In this document: one piece after another, positions 1 to 9,128 of the stretch | Numbering within the stretch: position 1 is the first letter of the stretch | How the letters are laid out: each line of letters begins with the position of its first letter | Assembly: GCA_025999215.1 (NCBI GenBank) | Contig: AP024679.1 | Span: 357,645 to 421,644 of the forward strand | Direction: 5' to 3' | From: Candidatus Dojkabacteria bacterium | GTDB lineage: Bacteria; Patescibacteriota; Dojkabacteria; J137 | Length of the DNA: 64,000 nucleotides | Made by a program: the position numbers and the translations under genes | Notes under the pieces: model-generated | What the model saw: only the letters and a program-made list of their open reading frames with translations | Databases searched by the model: none | Told to the model about the DNA's origin: nothing

Positions 1-569
1 TTAATATTGGGACTTTCTTGTAATAAATTAAAAATAAGGGAATCAGAGTTTAGTATCAATTGAGTATCAGATTCGAGAAAAGATAAAAGTGAACTATTAA
101 AATTTTTTCTAAATAAATTTTGAGAAGTTAATCCGAACAAAAAGTCTTGGTTATCGCTAAAATAAATTTCTAGTGCGTCTAAAATTTTATTATATTTGGG
201 CTTTTCCAAGAAAAGATGAACATTTACATCTGTAACCAAACCATTTTTCACTGAAGTAAAAGTCTCAAATTTTTGATATTGAGGCTTCACAATTTCAACT
301 ATGTATTCACCCTCTGGAATTCCTGTAACCACATTATCTACGGTAGGTTTTTCTTTACCGTTAATATAAACTTTAAAATCTTTAACATTTGATCTAATTC
401 TAATACTGCCAGATGGGACAACTTCGCCTTCTTTAATGTTGATTAAATTGCCCTGAACTACGACCAAAGTAACCACACCTAAAATACTAAAAAAAGTTGC
501 AAGAAAAAAGGTTAAAAACCTTACCCAGATCGGGTTGTAGCGATATGTATACTGATCTGTTTTTTTCAT
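1..569 (-). CDS. Membrane-anchored PEGA-domain protein (5' portion only; C-terminus runs off the window edge)
   Basis: Minus-strand ORF with ATG at 569 (plus-strand cat 567-569), open to position 1. Translation MKKTDQYTYRYNPIWVRFLTFFLATFFSILGVVTLVVV... has one N-terminal TM helix followed by a PEGA-like beta-sandwich pattern (IRIRSNVKDFKVYINGKEKPTVDNVVTGIPEGEYIVEIVKPQYQKFETFTSV). Not in the ORF track because it is truncated by the window. Confidence 0.5.
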   Translation of the reverse strand, partial: MKKTDQYTYRYNPIWVRFLTFFLATFFSILGVVTLVVVQGNLINIKEGEVVPSGSIRIRSNVKDFKVYINGKEKPTVDNVVTGIPEGEYIVEIVKPQYQKFETFTSVKNGLVTDVNVHLFLEKPKYNKILDALEIYFSDNQDFLFGLTSQNLFRKNFNSSLLSFLESDTQLILNSDSLIFNLLQESPNI

Positions 570-659
570 TTTAACTTCGAATTTACTCAAGAATTTTAAC
601 AGAAAAGTTAGTGTGAATAAAATTGTTTTTGTGTTACAATGAAGCATTAGATTACAGTT

Positions 660-1553
660 ATGAAGAAAGTACTTGTTTTGAAAACTAAAAAAGTAAATCC
701 AGCTGATTCTTTGGTTGTAGAGTTAAGTAAATTTTGTGATAAAGATTTCCTAATTGATTTTGCATCACTTCATCAAGACATTGTTTTTAAATTTGTCAAT
801 GGTGCTGAGATTTTCGTCAATGGAAAAAATATTTTAGAATATGATTTAGTTTATTTTAGATCATGGTTTGGGCACTATAAAATTGCTACTGCAGTGTCAA
901 AATATTTGATAGATAATGGTATACCAGTGATAGATTCTGCTTTGCAAAATATATCATTAGGTGGAGTTACCAAAATCTATCAATTTTTAGTGCTAGTTCA
1001 AAATAATTTTCCAGTACCTAAATCTTATGTATTACATCGAGACAATATAAAGAATTTTTTAGATGAAGCAGTTGATGCTTTGGGTGGTTACCCGTTGATA
1101 ATAAAGAAGCACGATGGACACAAAGGTGAAGGAATACATAAAGTTGACAGTGAAAGTGAATTTTATGAAATTTTACCTAATTTAGAGGATAATTATTATT
1201 TTTTACAAGAGTTTATACCAAATGATTTTGACTATAGAGTATTGATTATGGGTAATAAAGTTGTAAGACTAAAGAAAAGAATTAGACCAGAAAACTCAAC
1301 CGATTTTAGAAATAATGTTGCATTAGGAGCTAAAGTTGAATTGGAAGATCCAAAAAAAAATGAAACTGTCAGTAACTTAGGGCTTAAAGCTAGTAAGCTT
1401 TTACAAATTGATATTGCTGGGGTTGATATTGTTATTTCATCTAAAGACAACAAACTTTACATTTTTGAAGTTAATACAAACCCTTCCTTAAACAACGATA
1501 TCACCCAATATAAAGATTTGGCTAATTATTTAAAAAGTGTTGTTAATAATTAA
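660..1553 (+). CDS. RimK-family ATP-grasp amidoligase (alpha-L-glutamate ligase-like)
   Basis: 297 aa. ATP-grasp signature blocks (PLIIKKHDGHKGEGIHKV; YFLQEFIP..DYRVLIMGNKVV; IAGVDIVISSKDNKLYIFEVNTNPSL) match the RimK/glutathione-synthetase-like fold. Diverges from the upstream PEGA gene across a 90 bp promoter region. Confidence 0.7.
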   Translation: MKKVLVLKTKKVNPADSLVVELSKFCDKDFLIDFASLHQDIVFKFVNGAEIFVNGKNILEYDLVYFRSWFGHYKIATAVSKYLIDNGIPVIDSALQNISLGGVTKIYQFLVLVQNNFPVPKSYVLHRDNIKNFLDEAVDALGGYPLIIKKHDGHKGEGIHKVDSESEFYEILPNLEDNYYFLQEFIPNDFDYRVLIMGNKVVRLKKRIRPENSTDFRNNVALGAKVELEDPKKNETVSNLGLKASKLLQIDIAGVDIVISSKDNKLYIFEVNTNPSLNNDITQYKDLANYLKSVVNN

Positions 1554-1752
1554 TTAATTTATAAAAAACGAGTATAAAGATATAACAAAAAATACCTTTA
1601 TCGTTACATAACCTGGAAGCTTTGTAGTCTAATAAAACTGTTACATTCCATAAAAATAAAAGAACAGATTACAAATTTTTGAAAAATGAAGGTTTTGAGA
1701 GAATTTGTAAATATAAACATTAAGTTAGAAATAAAAATTTCTATATAATTTA

Positions 1753-2754
1753 CTAATTTGTGTATTGTTTTATTACTGCATTAATAATTTTTGTAGCGAC
1801 ATCTATAGCCTCTCCATAATCTGGATAATGATGAAAATCTAGTGAAGGTTCGGCATTAATTTCGATTATACTAAATTCTTCAGAACTTATATCTGGTGAA
1901 ATTACATCAACCCCTATTAGATTCAAATTAACATCCAAAAGCATCTTGGATATCATGTAAATTATTTTTGGGTTTACTTCCTTTGTTACTTCAGTTACCG
2001 TTTCTAGATTACTAAAATCCTTATCAACAAAAACTTTCTCATCTTGTTTCGGGATATATGCTAAAGATTCGATTCCTTGTGATTTTAAAAAATTCATTAA
2101 TCTTTGATCTTTTTTAATTCTTCCAACATCTCTTTCAGACTGATCTAAAAATTTATTTTTCCAATTAATTAATGTATCGAGTTGTGAATTACCGTCTCCA
2201 ATAATAAAGCCAGGTTCTCGCTTTAGTGCGCCTATAAGGTTTCCTTCTAAAAATAATAAGCGATAAACATCGCCTGGTATAAACTGTTCAAAAAGTACGC
2301 CTGAATACTTTTTATTTGGAGCAGTGGTAATATTTTGAAAAGCTTCAAGAGCTTTTTCTCTGGTATTTATATCAAGGAAAATATTTTGGCTTTTCATCCC
2401 GTTTGTAGGTTTTGCAATGATTCTTTTATGTTTTTTTAATAACTTATCAATGTTATTTATATTCTGTTGGTTTAATCCAGATTTTTTATAAATATGCACA
2501 TAATTTGGGGTAGGCAAATTATACAATGTAAATAGTTTTTTACAAATAAATTTGTTTTTGGTTAGAGGACGAGCCGATTGATTATTTAAAGGGGTTTGAA
2601 TAGCTTTGAAATATAATAATTTATTTGATACTTTAACTGTAAAACTGTTATTATAAGAATCAATATCTATGATGTCTAAATTTTTATTCAGACATGCTTG
2701 TAGCAACAATCTACAGGATGGTTTCATTAGTTTTATTTTTGTATCTTTATCCAT
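1753..2754 (-). CDS. ATP-grasp protein resembling the N-terminal ATP-grasp domain of cyanophycin synthetase (no Mur-ligase domains)
   Basis: 333 aa. Motifs IIAKPTNGMKSQNIF, GDGNSQLDTLI, IGVDVISPDIS and IIEINAEPSLDFHHYPDYGEAIDVATKIINAV parallel the conserved blocks of the CphA N-domain (GDGxSTIxxLI; aGiDvvtpDIs; EVNAgPGLxMHxxPxxGxxRxVaxaIvd). Confidence 0.6.
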   Translation of the reverse strand: MDKDTKIKLMKPSCRLLLQACLNKNLDIIDIDSYNNSFTVKVSNKLLYFKAIQTPLNNQSARPLTKNKFICKKLFTLYNLPTPNYVHIYKKSGLNQQNINNIDKLLKKHKRIIAKPTNGMKSQNIFLDINTREKALEAFQNITTAPNKKYSGVLFEQFIPGDVYRLLFLEGNLIGALKREPGFIIGDGNSQLDTLINWKNKFLDQSERDVGRIKKDQRLMNFLKSQGIESLAYIPKQDEKVFVDKDFSNLETVTEVTKEVNPKIIYMISKMLLDVNLNLIGVDVISPDISSEEFSIIEINAEPSLDFHHYPDYGEAIDVATKIINAVIKQYTN

Positions 2755-2873
2755 AATATTTAGTTTTAAAAATTACAATACATTAAAGTACTCTGAAAAA
2801 AACATGCTTCAATTTTATAACACAAAGTTATTAAATTAAAATATTGAAACACATTGCTTCTTTAATAATTCTA

Positions 2874-3737
2874 TTAAGATTTCGATAATAAATAATTTAA
2901 TATTTTTTCTGCTAAGTTGATTTTTGTAATTTCTTCAAAAGCTTTAAATCCGGGGCTTGAATTAACTTCTAAAACCAAAGGTTTTTCATCCTTGTAGATT
3001 ATATCAATACCAGAAAATTCTAAGCCTGTTGCCTTAATTATTAATTTACAAATTTCATACATATTAGGAGCAATATGCACTTTCTCAATAGCGCTACCAG
3101 AATTAGTAACAATTGCATTTTTTTTTGCTATTCTTTTATAGCCACCAATAATTTCATATCCCAGGGTAATAATTCTGTAACTTTCTTTAATTTCACCTGT
3201 ATCTACAAAGTCTTGAAACATATATTTACTAATGTGGTCATTCAACTTTGATTTAAGTTCTTCGAGACTGTTAACTTTGTAAATTTCCATTCCTAAACTT
3301 TTGCTGGAGTGTTTTAGAATCACAGGGAATTTGATTTTATATGCGTTTTGCTCCAAAGCTTCAATGGTTGGGAATACGTGTGTATTAATTATTGGTACAT
3401 TGTACAAACTTAGCTTAGCATACGTATCTAGTTTAAGAGAAAATGGATATTTAAACGAGCCGTTTAAAACGATTTTATTCATACTCTGTAAATAATTTCG
3501 CAAACTCTGACTAAGGTGCTTATACTTTGACCCAGAGCTCCTAAAAATATAATGAGTACCATCTAAAACATTTTTACCTTTAGCTGTGGCAATAAGCTTA
3601 TTATCTCTAAACTCTATAATGATATCAGAGTATTTAAAATGTTCAAAAGCAATATTTTTTTTGTTACATTCTTCTCGAAATCTACGAGACGAATAAGAAT
3701 TATAATCTATTTCAGCTAACAATATTACTTTTTTCAT
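2874..3737 (-). CDS. RimK-family ATP-grasp amidoligase
   Basis: 287 aa. FPVILKHSSKSLGMEIYKV, RIITLGYEIIGGYKRIAKK and LVLEVNSSPGFKAFEEI are typical RimK-type ATP-grasp blocks. Lies 17 nt upstream of the next ATP-grasp gene on the same strand. Confidence 0.7.
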   Translation of the reverse strand: MKKVILLAEIDYNSYSSRRFREECNKKNIAFEHFKYSDIIIEFRDNKLIATAKGKNVLDGTHYIFRSSGSKYKHLSQSLRNYLQSMNKIVLNGSFKYPFSLKLDTYAKLSLYNVPIINTHVFPTIEALEQNAYKIKFPVILKHSSKSLGMEIYKVNSLEELKSKLNDHISKYMFQDFVDTGEIKESYRIITLGYEIIGGYKRIAKKNAIVTNSGSAIEKVHIAPNMYEICKLIIKATGLEFSGIDIIYKDEKPLVLEVNSSPGFKAFEEITKINLAEKILNYLLSKS

Positions 3738-3754
3738 AAAAAAAAGATAAAAAA

Positions 3755-5167
3755 TTATGATTTGGTTACGTCAATTATAAAATTTTTAAGGTCAGCCCTC
3801 CCAATAATCATTTTGTAACTTAGATGTGATCTATCTATTATTGTGACATTGGTATCAAATTGAACATCAGATAACTTGATTTTTATTGAAACGATTGGCC
3901 TCAAAGTAATACCATTTCCAGATTTTACAATAGAACGTGCAATTATTTGAGGATGTTCCTTTATTTTACCTTCCTTTATTAATTCATCTCTTTTTTTTGT
4001 TACTGATTTTGCTTCTTCCATAGTTTTGAAAATAGGGTATTTAAATGAATTAAAATAATCTATTATGTCACCATAGCCTAATTCTCGCATTAGGTTTTCG
4101 TCTATTGAAGTTCTATAAGCACCAGTATCTATTTTAGCAAGAACTTCTACGCTTTTACCATTTAGTCCTGTTAGGGTAACTTTTTCATAAATACCAATAA
4201 GTTCTTTTCCGGATAATGTTTCAATTTCTTCTTCAATTTCACCACCAAATAAATCTTTAGCTAATCTAACACCTTTTTCCGTTGTTTTTACTTTAATTCC
4301 ACTTGCTTTTTTAAGTCTCCACCTTAAACCATCATCATTGGCTAGTTGTATTGACAGTCCTGGTCTTGCGTTTAATTCAACAATCAAAGGGCCTTTATCT
4401 TGATCAATCAAAAAGTCTACTGCTACAAAACCAAGCCCGCTCACTTTAGATGCCTCAATAGCATACCTTAGAATTTTGTCCCAATACGGAATTTTTATAC
4501 CAGATAGGGCAAGTTTATTGTCAGGATGTTTTTGGATTGGCGTTGCTTTTCCAATGATTGCATTTGTGGTTTTCCCTATTGCCATGTCAATCCCTGCGCC
4601 AATGGCCCCTCTATCTAGGTTTGCTTTTCCTTCAGATTCTTTTGTGGGAAAACGAACATAAGACATTACTGGAATTTTGTTAAAAACAATTACTCTTACA
4701 TCAGCAGCACCGCGAAAAGAGTAGGGCTTGAGATTTTTATGTTGTCTCACCCTTTCTTCAATTAAAACTATATCTGGTTGATTAAACAGAGAAAATTTAC
4801 CATCTAAAATATCCCTGATATGGTGCTTAATTGATTCTACTGAATGTCTAGAACTATCAGATTTAATCCAATTACCGTTTTCGTCTCGGTTATAGAAAAT
4901 TTCAACACCGCCTCCCCTAACTCCATGAACAGGTTTTATTACAAATGATTTAGGTAAGGTGTCAAAGTCGAACTGAGATAATTCCCATCTATTTTTAATA
5001 ATTGCTATTTTTGATGGAGTTGGAATTTTGTGTTTATTTAAAATTTTTTTAGTCAACACTTTATCGTCAGCTATTTTGATGGCTGAACGTAAATTAAATG
5101 GCCTTATATACTCGAGATACCGCTCGTTTAAACCAAGAACTTTTTTGGCGTTTTTTGTTCTAAACAT
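3755..5167 (-). CDS. Fusion protein: alpha-L-glutamate-ligase-like ATP-grasp domain plus C-terminal retropepsin-like DUF785 (putative ATP-dependent Zn protease / RimB-like) domain
   Basis: 470 aa. N-terminal two-thirds carry ATP-grasp blocks (FVIKPVHGVRGGGVEIF; GAADVRVIVFNKIPVMSYVRFP..GKANLDRGA; LIVELNARPGLSIQ). C-terminal ~130 aa (VEVLAKIDTGAYRTSID ... IIDRSHLSYKMIIGRADL) match the DUF785/Zn-protease family that neighbours RimK in other bacteria (RimB of Pseudomonas rimABK). A 1-nt gap to the downstream 7TM gene implies translational coupling. Confidence 0.65.
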   Translation of the reverse strand: MFRTKNAKKVLGLNERYLEYIRPFNLRSAIKIADDKVLTKKILNKHKIPTPSKIAIIKNRWELSQFDFDTLPKSFVIKPVHGVRGGGVEIFYNRDENGNWIKSDSSRHSVESIKHHIRDILDGKFSLFNQPDIVLIEERVRQHKNLKPYSFRGAADVRVIVFNKIPVMSYVRFPTKESEGKANLDRGAIGAGIDMAIGKTTNAIIGKATPIQKHPDNKLALSGIKIPYWDKILRYAIEASKVSGLGFVAVDFLIDQDKGPLIVELNARPGLSIQLANDDGLRWRLKKASGIKVKTTEKGVRLAKDLFGGEIEEEIETLSGKELIGIYEKVTLTGLNGKSVEVLAKIDTGAYRTSIDENLMRELGYGDIIDYFNSFKYPIFKTMEEAKSVTKKRDELIKEGKIKEHPQIIARSIVKSGNGITLRPIVSIKIKLSDVQFDTNVTIIDRSHLSYKMIIGRADLKNFIIDVTKS

Positions 5168-5168
5168 A

Positions 5169-5873
5169 TTATCTAGGTCTGAAAATCAGAGATCTAAATC
5201 GCCAGTATTCGCTTAAACGTAAACCTTTGTAAGTGCCGATATACATGTTGGCACCAATTATGGCGATTAAAACTAAAATGGGGTAGTTAAATATTAATTC
5301 GTGTAGCGGTTTTGCGCTAATGATTAAAAAACTTAATATGCTAATGATTAAAGTTTGTAAACTAATGTAAAAAGCATATTTAAAATTCTTTCTTGCAAAT
5401 ACTGCAAAAAATCCTTCACACAAAATAATCATCATTACTAATGTGAAAAAATTTACATAAATTAATCCGTATTCATCTATTAAAGTTCCATAAATCATTG
5501 AGGCTATTACACTAATTGATACAGCAGTAACGATTAAAGTTGTTTTAGGTATGTAGTGCATTCTCAGAGGTTTTAATACCCAATAATAAATTGCACCAGT
5601 AGTAATAAAAACAATTAGAAAAAGCACTACCCCTAATTTGATGCTATTTTCTATATCCGGTTTTGTGCTTACTCCTTCTGTGCCTATTTCGTATATTGCA
5701 AAAGGGATGATCAATGGGGCATAAGTGTTAATTGTTTTGAGCCCAAGTAAGTGTCTGCTAAATCCAACCAAAGTCGAAACAATTGGAAGCATCATCAACA
5801 ACAAAAAGGTTTGTTTAATTGAATCAATCTCTGTTACTCCAGCATCCAAAAGTATATTCCAAATTACATCCAT
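5169..5873 (-). CDS. Polytopic (about 7 TM) integral membrane protein, possible 7TM_transglut-like partner of the ATP-grasp/protease genes
   Basis: 234 aa, very hydrophobic with about 7 predicted helices. It is the first gene of the minus-strand operon feeding into the ATP-grasp genes. The family assignment comes from architecture and context, not motif identity. Confidence 0.45.
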   Translation of the reverse strand: MDVIWNILLDAGVTEIDSIKQTFLLLMMLPIVSTLVGFSRHLLGLKTINTYAPLIIPFAIYEIGTEGVSTKPDIENSIKLGVVLFLIVFITTGAIYYWVLKPLRMHYIPKTTLIVTAVSISVIASMIYGTLIDEYGLIYVNFFTLVMMIILCEGFFAVFARKNFKYAFYISLQTLIISILSFLIISAKPLHELIFNYPILVLIAIIGANMYIGTYKGLRLSEYWRFRSLIFRPR

Positions 5874-5930
5874 AGATATTAATTAACTCGCAAATTATAC
5901 CATATTTCTTAAAAATTTTCTATTTTTTAA

Positions 5931-5966
5931 AACAAACAGGCGGGGAAATAACCCCGCCTGTTTGTT
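5931..5966. terminator. Perfect 15-bp GC-rich hairpin (aacaaacaggcgggg / ccccgcctgtttgtt, loop aaataa) between rplL and the 7TM gene; rho-independent terminator of the rplKAJL operon
   Basis: Inverted repeat read directly from the sequence, with T/A runs on both sides; it is the GC-richest element in an AT-rich spacer. Confidence 0.6.
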
Positions 5967-5983
5967 AAGTTTTTGTCAAAGAA

Positions 5984-6388
5984 TTATTTCAATTCTACAG
6001 TTGCTCCAGCTTCTTCTAATTCTTTCTTTACTTTTTCAGCATCTTCTTTCTTTACACCTTCTTTAACTGGTTTTGGAGCAGAGTCAACCAAAGCTTTCGC
6101 TTCAGCCAAACCTAAGCCTGTGATATTTTTAACAACTTTAATTACAGCTATTTTATTTGCTGGTGACCCTACACCTGTCAAAACTACATCAAACTCAGTT
6201 TTTTCTTCTTGAGGTTCTGCACCAGCCGCCCCAGCAACGGGCATTCCTACAGCCATAGGAGCTGCTGCTGTAACATCAAACTCTTCTTCCAAAGCTTTTT
6301 TAAGTTCAAAAGCCTCCACTACTGAGAGTTCTTTTATGCTATCAACGATAGCTTGTACTTTACTGCTTACTTTTTTTTCTTCAGCCAT
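5984..6388 (-). CDS. rplL: 50S ribosomal protein L7/L12
   Basis: 134 aa. Ala/Glu/Lys-rich, with a C-terminal [43 protein letters not shown] block. Confidence 0.9.
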   Translation of the reverse strand: MAEEKKVSSKVQAIVDSIKELSVVEAFELKKALEEEFDVTAAAPMAVGMPVAGAAGAEPQEEKTEFDVVLTGVGSPANKIAVIKVVKNITGLGLAEAKALVDSAPKPVKEGVKKEDAEKVKKELEEAGATVELK

Positions 6389-6411
6389 TGTATTTAAAAT
6401 AAAATATAAAT

Positions 6412-6948
6412 TTAATTTTTGTCTTTAAAAGCTTGGTCGATTATAGATACATAAGACTGCACACTGTTTTGTAAAACATTTGCGACTCCAGCCACAGCTT
6501 GATCAAGTATTCCCAAAATCATTGCGACACTACCTTGAACTGTAGGTATGTCAGCAAGCTGCTCGACCATATCTTTTTCTAACAATTCTCCATTTAAAAT
6601 TCCTTTTACAATTTTGACACGAGGGTCTTTTTCTTCTTTTGTTTCTTCAATAAAAGCTTTGAGGGCTTTACTTGCATTTACATAATCTTCTGTTGTAAAC
6701 ATTACAGCATTCATTCCATTATCAAGACCATCAATTTCAGGTAACTTTGCATTTTTAAGTGCTATTTTAAACAATGTATTTTTAACTACATGAAAAGATC
6801 CACCAAAATCATAGAGCTTTTTTCTAAAATTATTCACTTCATTTGGCGTGAGTCTTTCAGGTTTTACCACCACTATACACTCAGCGTTTTGTAATTTTTC
6901 AGTGTAGTAGTCTATTATCTCTTTTTTCTGATTTTTATTTTTAGCCAT
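6412..6948 (-). CDS. rplJ: 50S ribosomal protein L10
   Basis: 178 aa; conserved position between rplA and rplL; L10-like sequence. Confidence 0.85.
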   Translation of the reverse strand: MAKNKNQKKEIIDYYTEKLQNAECIVVVKPERLTPNEVNNFRKKLYDFGGSFHVVKNTLFKIALKNAKLPEIDGLDNGMNAVMFTTEDYVNASKALKAFIEETKEEKDPRVKIVKGILNGELLEKDMVEQLADIPTVQGSVAMILGILDQAVAGVANVLQNSVQSYVSIIDQAFKDKN

Positions 6949-7082
6949 AAGTATTTATTATAAAAACAAAAAAGCGTCCACCACAGAGACGCACTAACAA
7001 AAAATATGTTTAGCTTCAGCGTCTCGGCAGGATTTATGCATCAAAGCAACCTGCTGTCTTAAACCTGTCTTAAACGTATAAT
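6949..7082 (-). promoter_or_regulatory. Structured leader between rplA and rplJ (candidate L10 autoregulatory leader)
   Basis: The spacer is locally GC-enriched with nested inverted repeats (gcgtc..gacgc; gcagg..cctgc). In many bacteria this position carries the L10(L12)4-binding leader. Confidence 0.3.
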
Positions 7083-7775
7083 TTAAATTTGATTCATTAT
7101 ATCATAAACATCCACTCTAATGCTAGCCCCCATTGTAGGTTTTAGTACAACCTGTTTGATTGGGTTACTAGAAAACTTCTTAGCTTCACTGTTTACTGCT
7201 CTTATAAATGATAAAATGTTATCTTTAATTTGATTTGGTTCCATATCCAATTTTGCAACTCTACCTCTAACAGTTCCTTGTTCTTGAGTCATTCTAAAGT
7301 TAACCCGACCTGATTTGAAGCTTTCTACTGCTTCAACAACATTTTGTGTAATTGTACCATTCTGTGGATTTGGCATCAAACCTTTTGGACCAAGAATTTT
7401 TCCTAATTTGGCAATTTTGGGCATTACGGCTGGTGTAGCAATCACAACATCGTACTCAACTTCACCATTTATAACTTTCTCTATCAAATCATCTAGACCT
7501 GCTTCAACAGCTCCTGCTTTTTTGGCATCATCAGCTTCTTTTTTGTCGGCAAAAACTATAACTTTTTGCGCTTCGCCAACTTGATGAGGTAAACTAACAC
7601 TTCCACGCAAACTTTCTTTTTTCTGGCTTTCTTTTAGATTAAGCTGAATATCAATATCAACGCTACCAACAAATTTGGAATATGAAACTTTTGGAAGTAA
7701 GCTGATTGCTTCATCTAAAGTTTTTAGTTCTCCTAATTGAAATTCTTCTCTAAATTTTTTTGTTTTATTATTCAT
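7083..7775 (-). CDS. rplA: 50S ribosomal protein L1
   Basis: 230 aa; L1 motifs (GPKGLMPNPQNGT; RVNFRM). Confidence 0.9.
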   Translation of the reverse strand: MNNKTKKFREEFQLGELKTLDEAISLLPKVSYSKFVGSVDIDIQLNLKESQKKESLRGSVSLPHQVGEAQKVIVFADKKEADDAKKAGAVEAGLDDLIEKVINGEVEYDVVIATPAVMPKIAKLGKILGPKGLMPNPQNGTITQNVVEAVESFKSGRVNFRMTQEQGTVRGRVAKLDMEPNQIKDNILSFIRAVNSEAKKFSSNPIKQVVLKPTMGASIRVDVYDIMNQI

Positions 7776-7778
7776 ATT

Positions 7779-8204
7779 TTAATCAGTAATTTCTAAACCA
7801 AGACTTTTTGCCGTTCCTTCAACAATTTTTATTGCTGAATCTAAATTGTTTGTGTTGAAATCGGCTAATTTTATTTCTGCAATTTCTTTTAATGCTTGTT
7901 TGGATATTTTACCAACTTTGTTTGTTGAAGGATTTGAAGATCCTTTTTGTATATTTGCTTTTTTCTTAAGCATACTCACAACCGTTGGTTTTTTGATAAC
8001 CATTTTAAAAGATCTATCTTTGTATACATGGACAATTACAGGAATAACACTATCTCCCATGTCTCGCGTTTTTTCATTAAATTCGCTGCAAAAAGACTGA
8101 ATATCAATTCCGTTTTGTCCAAGCATTGGACCCAAAGGTGGAGCTGGGTTAGCTTTACCTGCAGGTATAAGTAATTTTAATGATTTAACTAATTCTTTTG
8201 CCAT
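7779..8204 (-). CDS. rplK: 50S ribosomal protein L11
   Basis: 141 aa; PAGKANPAPPLGP..LGQNGIDIQSFCSEFNE is the hallmark L11 N-terminus. Confidence 0.9.
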   Translation of the reverse strand: MAKELVKSLKLLIPAGKANPAPPLGPMLGQNGIDIQSFCSEFNEKTRDMGDSVIPVIVHVYKDRSFKMVIKKPTVVSMLKKKANIQKGSSNPSTNKVGKISKQALKEIAEIKLADFNTNNLDSAIKIVEGTAKSLGLEITD

Positions 8205-8205
8205 T

Positions 8206-8805
8206 CTATATTTTTGTAACTTGTAAAAAATCTAATTCTACAGGAACCTCACGTCCGAACATTGAAATCAAGACTGTGACTTGTCCCTTACTTTCATTAA
8301 TATTTTGAATGCTACCGACAAAATCTTTAAATGGACCATCAACCACCTTTACAGCATCGTTAATAGAAAAAGGTGATTGGTAAGTCGTTGGTTGTTTAAT
8401 TTGAGTGAATGATTCTATTTCTTTATCTGTAAGAGGAGTTGGCTTATGTGAATGAGAAACTGAACCAATAAAACCTCTAACGCCTTCAGTATTTCTAATT
8501 ATATGCAAAACTTCTTCTGTAGCTACCATTTTGATTAGAATGTAGCCGGGATAAACCCTCTCTTCAACTGTTTGCTTTTTTCCTTTTTTAATAACAATTT
8601 TTTCTTGAGTTGGTACCACTATTGAAGCAACATTATCCTCCAAATTATTAGCAACTATTCTTTGTTCAATTAGTTTCGCTATCTTTTTTTCTTGTCCAGA
8701 TTTGCCATTGATTATATACCACCTATATTTTTCACCTTTTTTGTTGGTGTTCTTTTCGGTGTTTATTTGTTCATTCAAATTTTTTTCTGTATCTTTTTCA
8801 CTCAT
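8206..8805 (-). CDS. nusG: Transcription termination/antitermination factor NusG
   Basis: NGN + KOW architecture (WYIINGKSGQEKK...; KOW block GPFKDFVGSIQNI). Start most likely at MSEKD (8805) rather than the upstream ATG at 8841. Confidence 0.85.
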   Translation of the reverse strand: MSEKDTEKNLNEQINTEKNTNKKGEKYRWYIINGKSGQEKKIAKLIEQRIVANNLEDNVASIVVPTQEKIVIKKGKKQTVEERVYPGYILIKMVATEEVLHIIRNTEGVRGFIGSVSHSHKPTPLTDKEIESFTQIKQPTTYQSPFSINDAVKVVDGPFKDFVGSIQNINESKGQVTVLISMFGREVPVELDFLQVTKI

Positions 8806-8813
8806 AATTACAA

Positions 8814-9017
8814 TTATAATATACTTGTTAAAAATAACCAAGAGCGTATTTCAGTAAAAATTGCATCAATGCCTGCTATTAAAATAGTACCGGCCGTCAA
8901 GAAAAAAAGCACAGTAATGGTATACGATACTGTTTCTTTTTTTGACAACCAATCTACTTTTTTAAGTTCTTGTATTGTTTTCTCGAAAAAAGAGAAAATC
9001 ATTAAAGGTAATTTCAT
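8814..9017 (-). CDS. secE: Preprotein translocase subunit SecE
   Basis: Small single-TM protein with ELKKVDWLSKKET motif, in the conserved position between tRNA-Trp/rpmG and nusG. The MKLPLM start at 9017 is preferred over the ORF-track start at 9044. Confidence 0.65.
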   Translation of the reverse strand: MKLPLMIFSFFEKTIQELKKVDWLSKKETVSYTITVLFFLTAGTILIAGIDAIFTEIRSWLFLTSIL

Positions 9018-9041
9018 TAGGTAATTATAACAATAATAATA

Positions 9042-9112
9042 CACGGGTGCTAGGACTCGAACCTAGAAAAACGGTTTTGGAGACCGTTGTGATACCAATT
9101 TCACCACACCCG
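9042..9112 (-). tRNA. tRNA-Trp (anticodon CCA)
   Basis: Cloverleaf folded by hand: acceptor ACGGGTG/CACCCGT, anticodon loop CTCCAAA, T-arm GGTTCGAGTCC. Classic position between rpmG and secE. Confidence 0.8.
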
Positions 9113-9128
9113 TACTCCAAGATCCTAG

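Noticed and set aside
1232-1453. Numerous short ORFs in the six-frame track that lie antisense to or inside long conserved genes (for example 1232-1453, 3301-3495, 7315-7584, 7846-8174, 8692-9024, 10943-11146, 14910-15161, 15627-15917, 17476-17781, 21223-21462, 28731-29012, 38685-38957, 49234-49854, 52398-52688, 56418-56753, 56898-57332, 61985-62260)
   Set aside because: Each overlaps a well-supported conserved gene on the other strand, has F/L/I/K-rich low-complexity translation typical of AT-rich non-coding frames, and has no recognisable motif.
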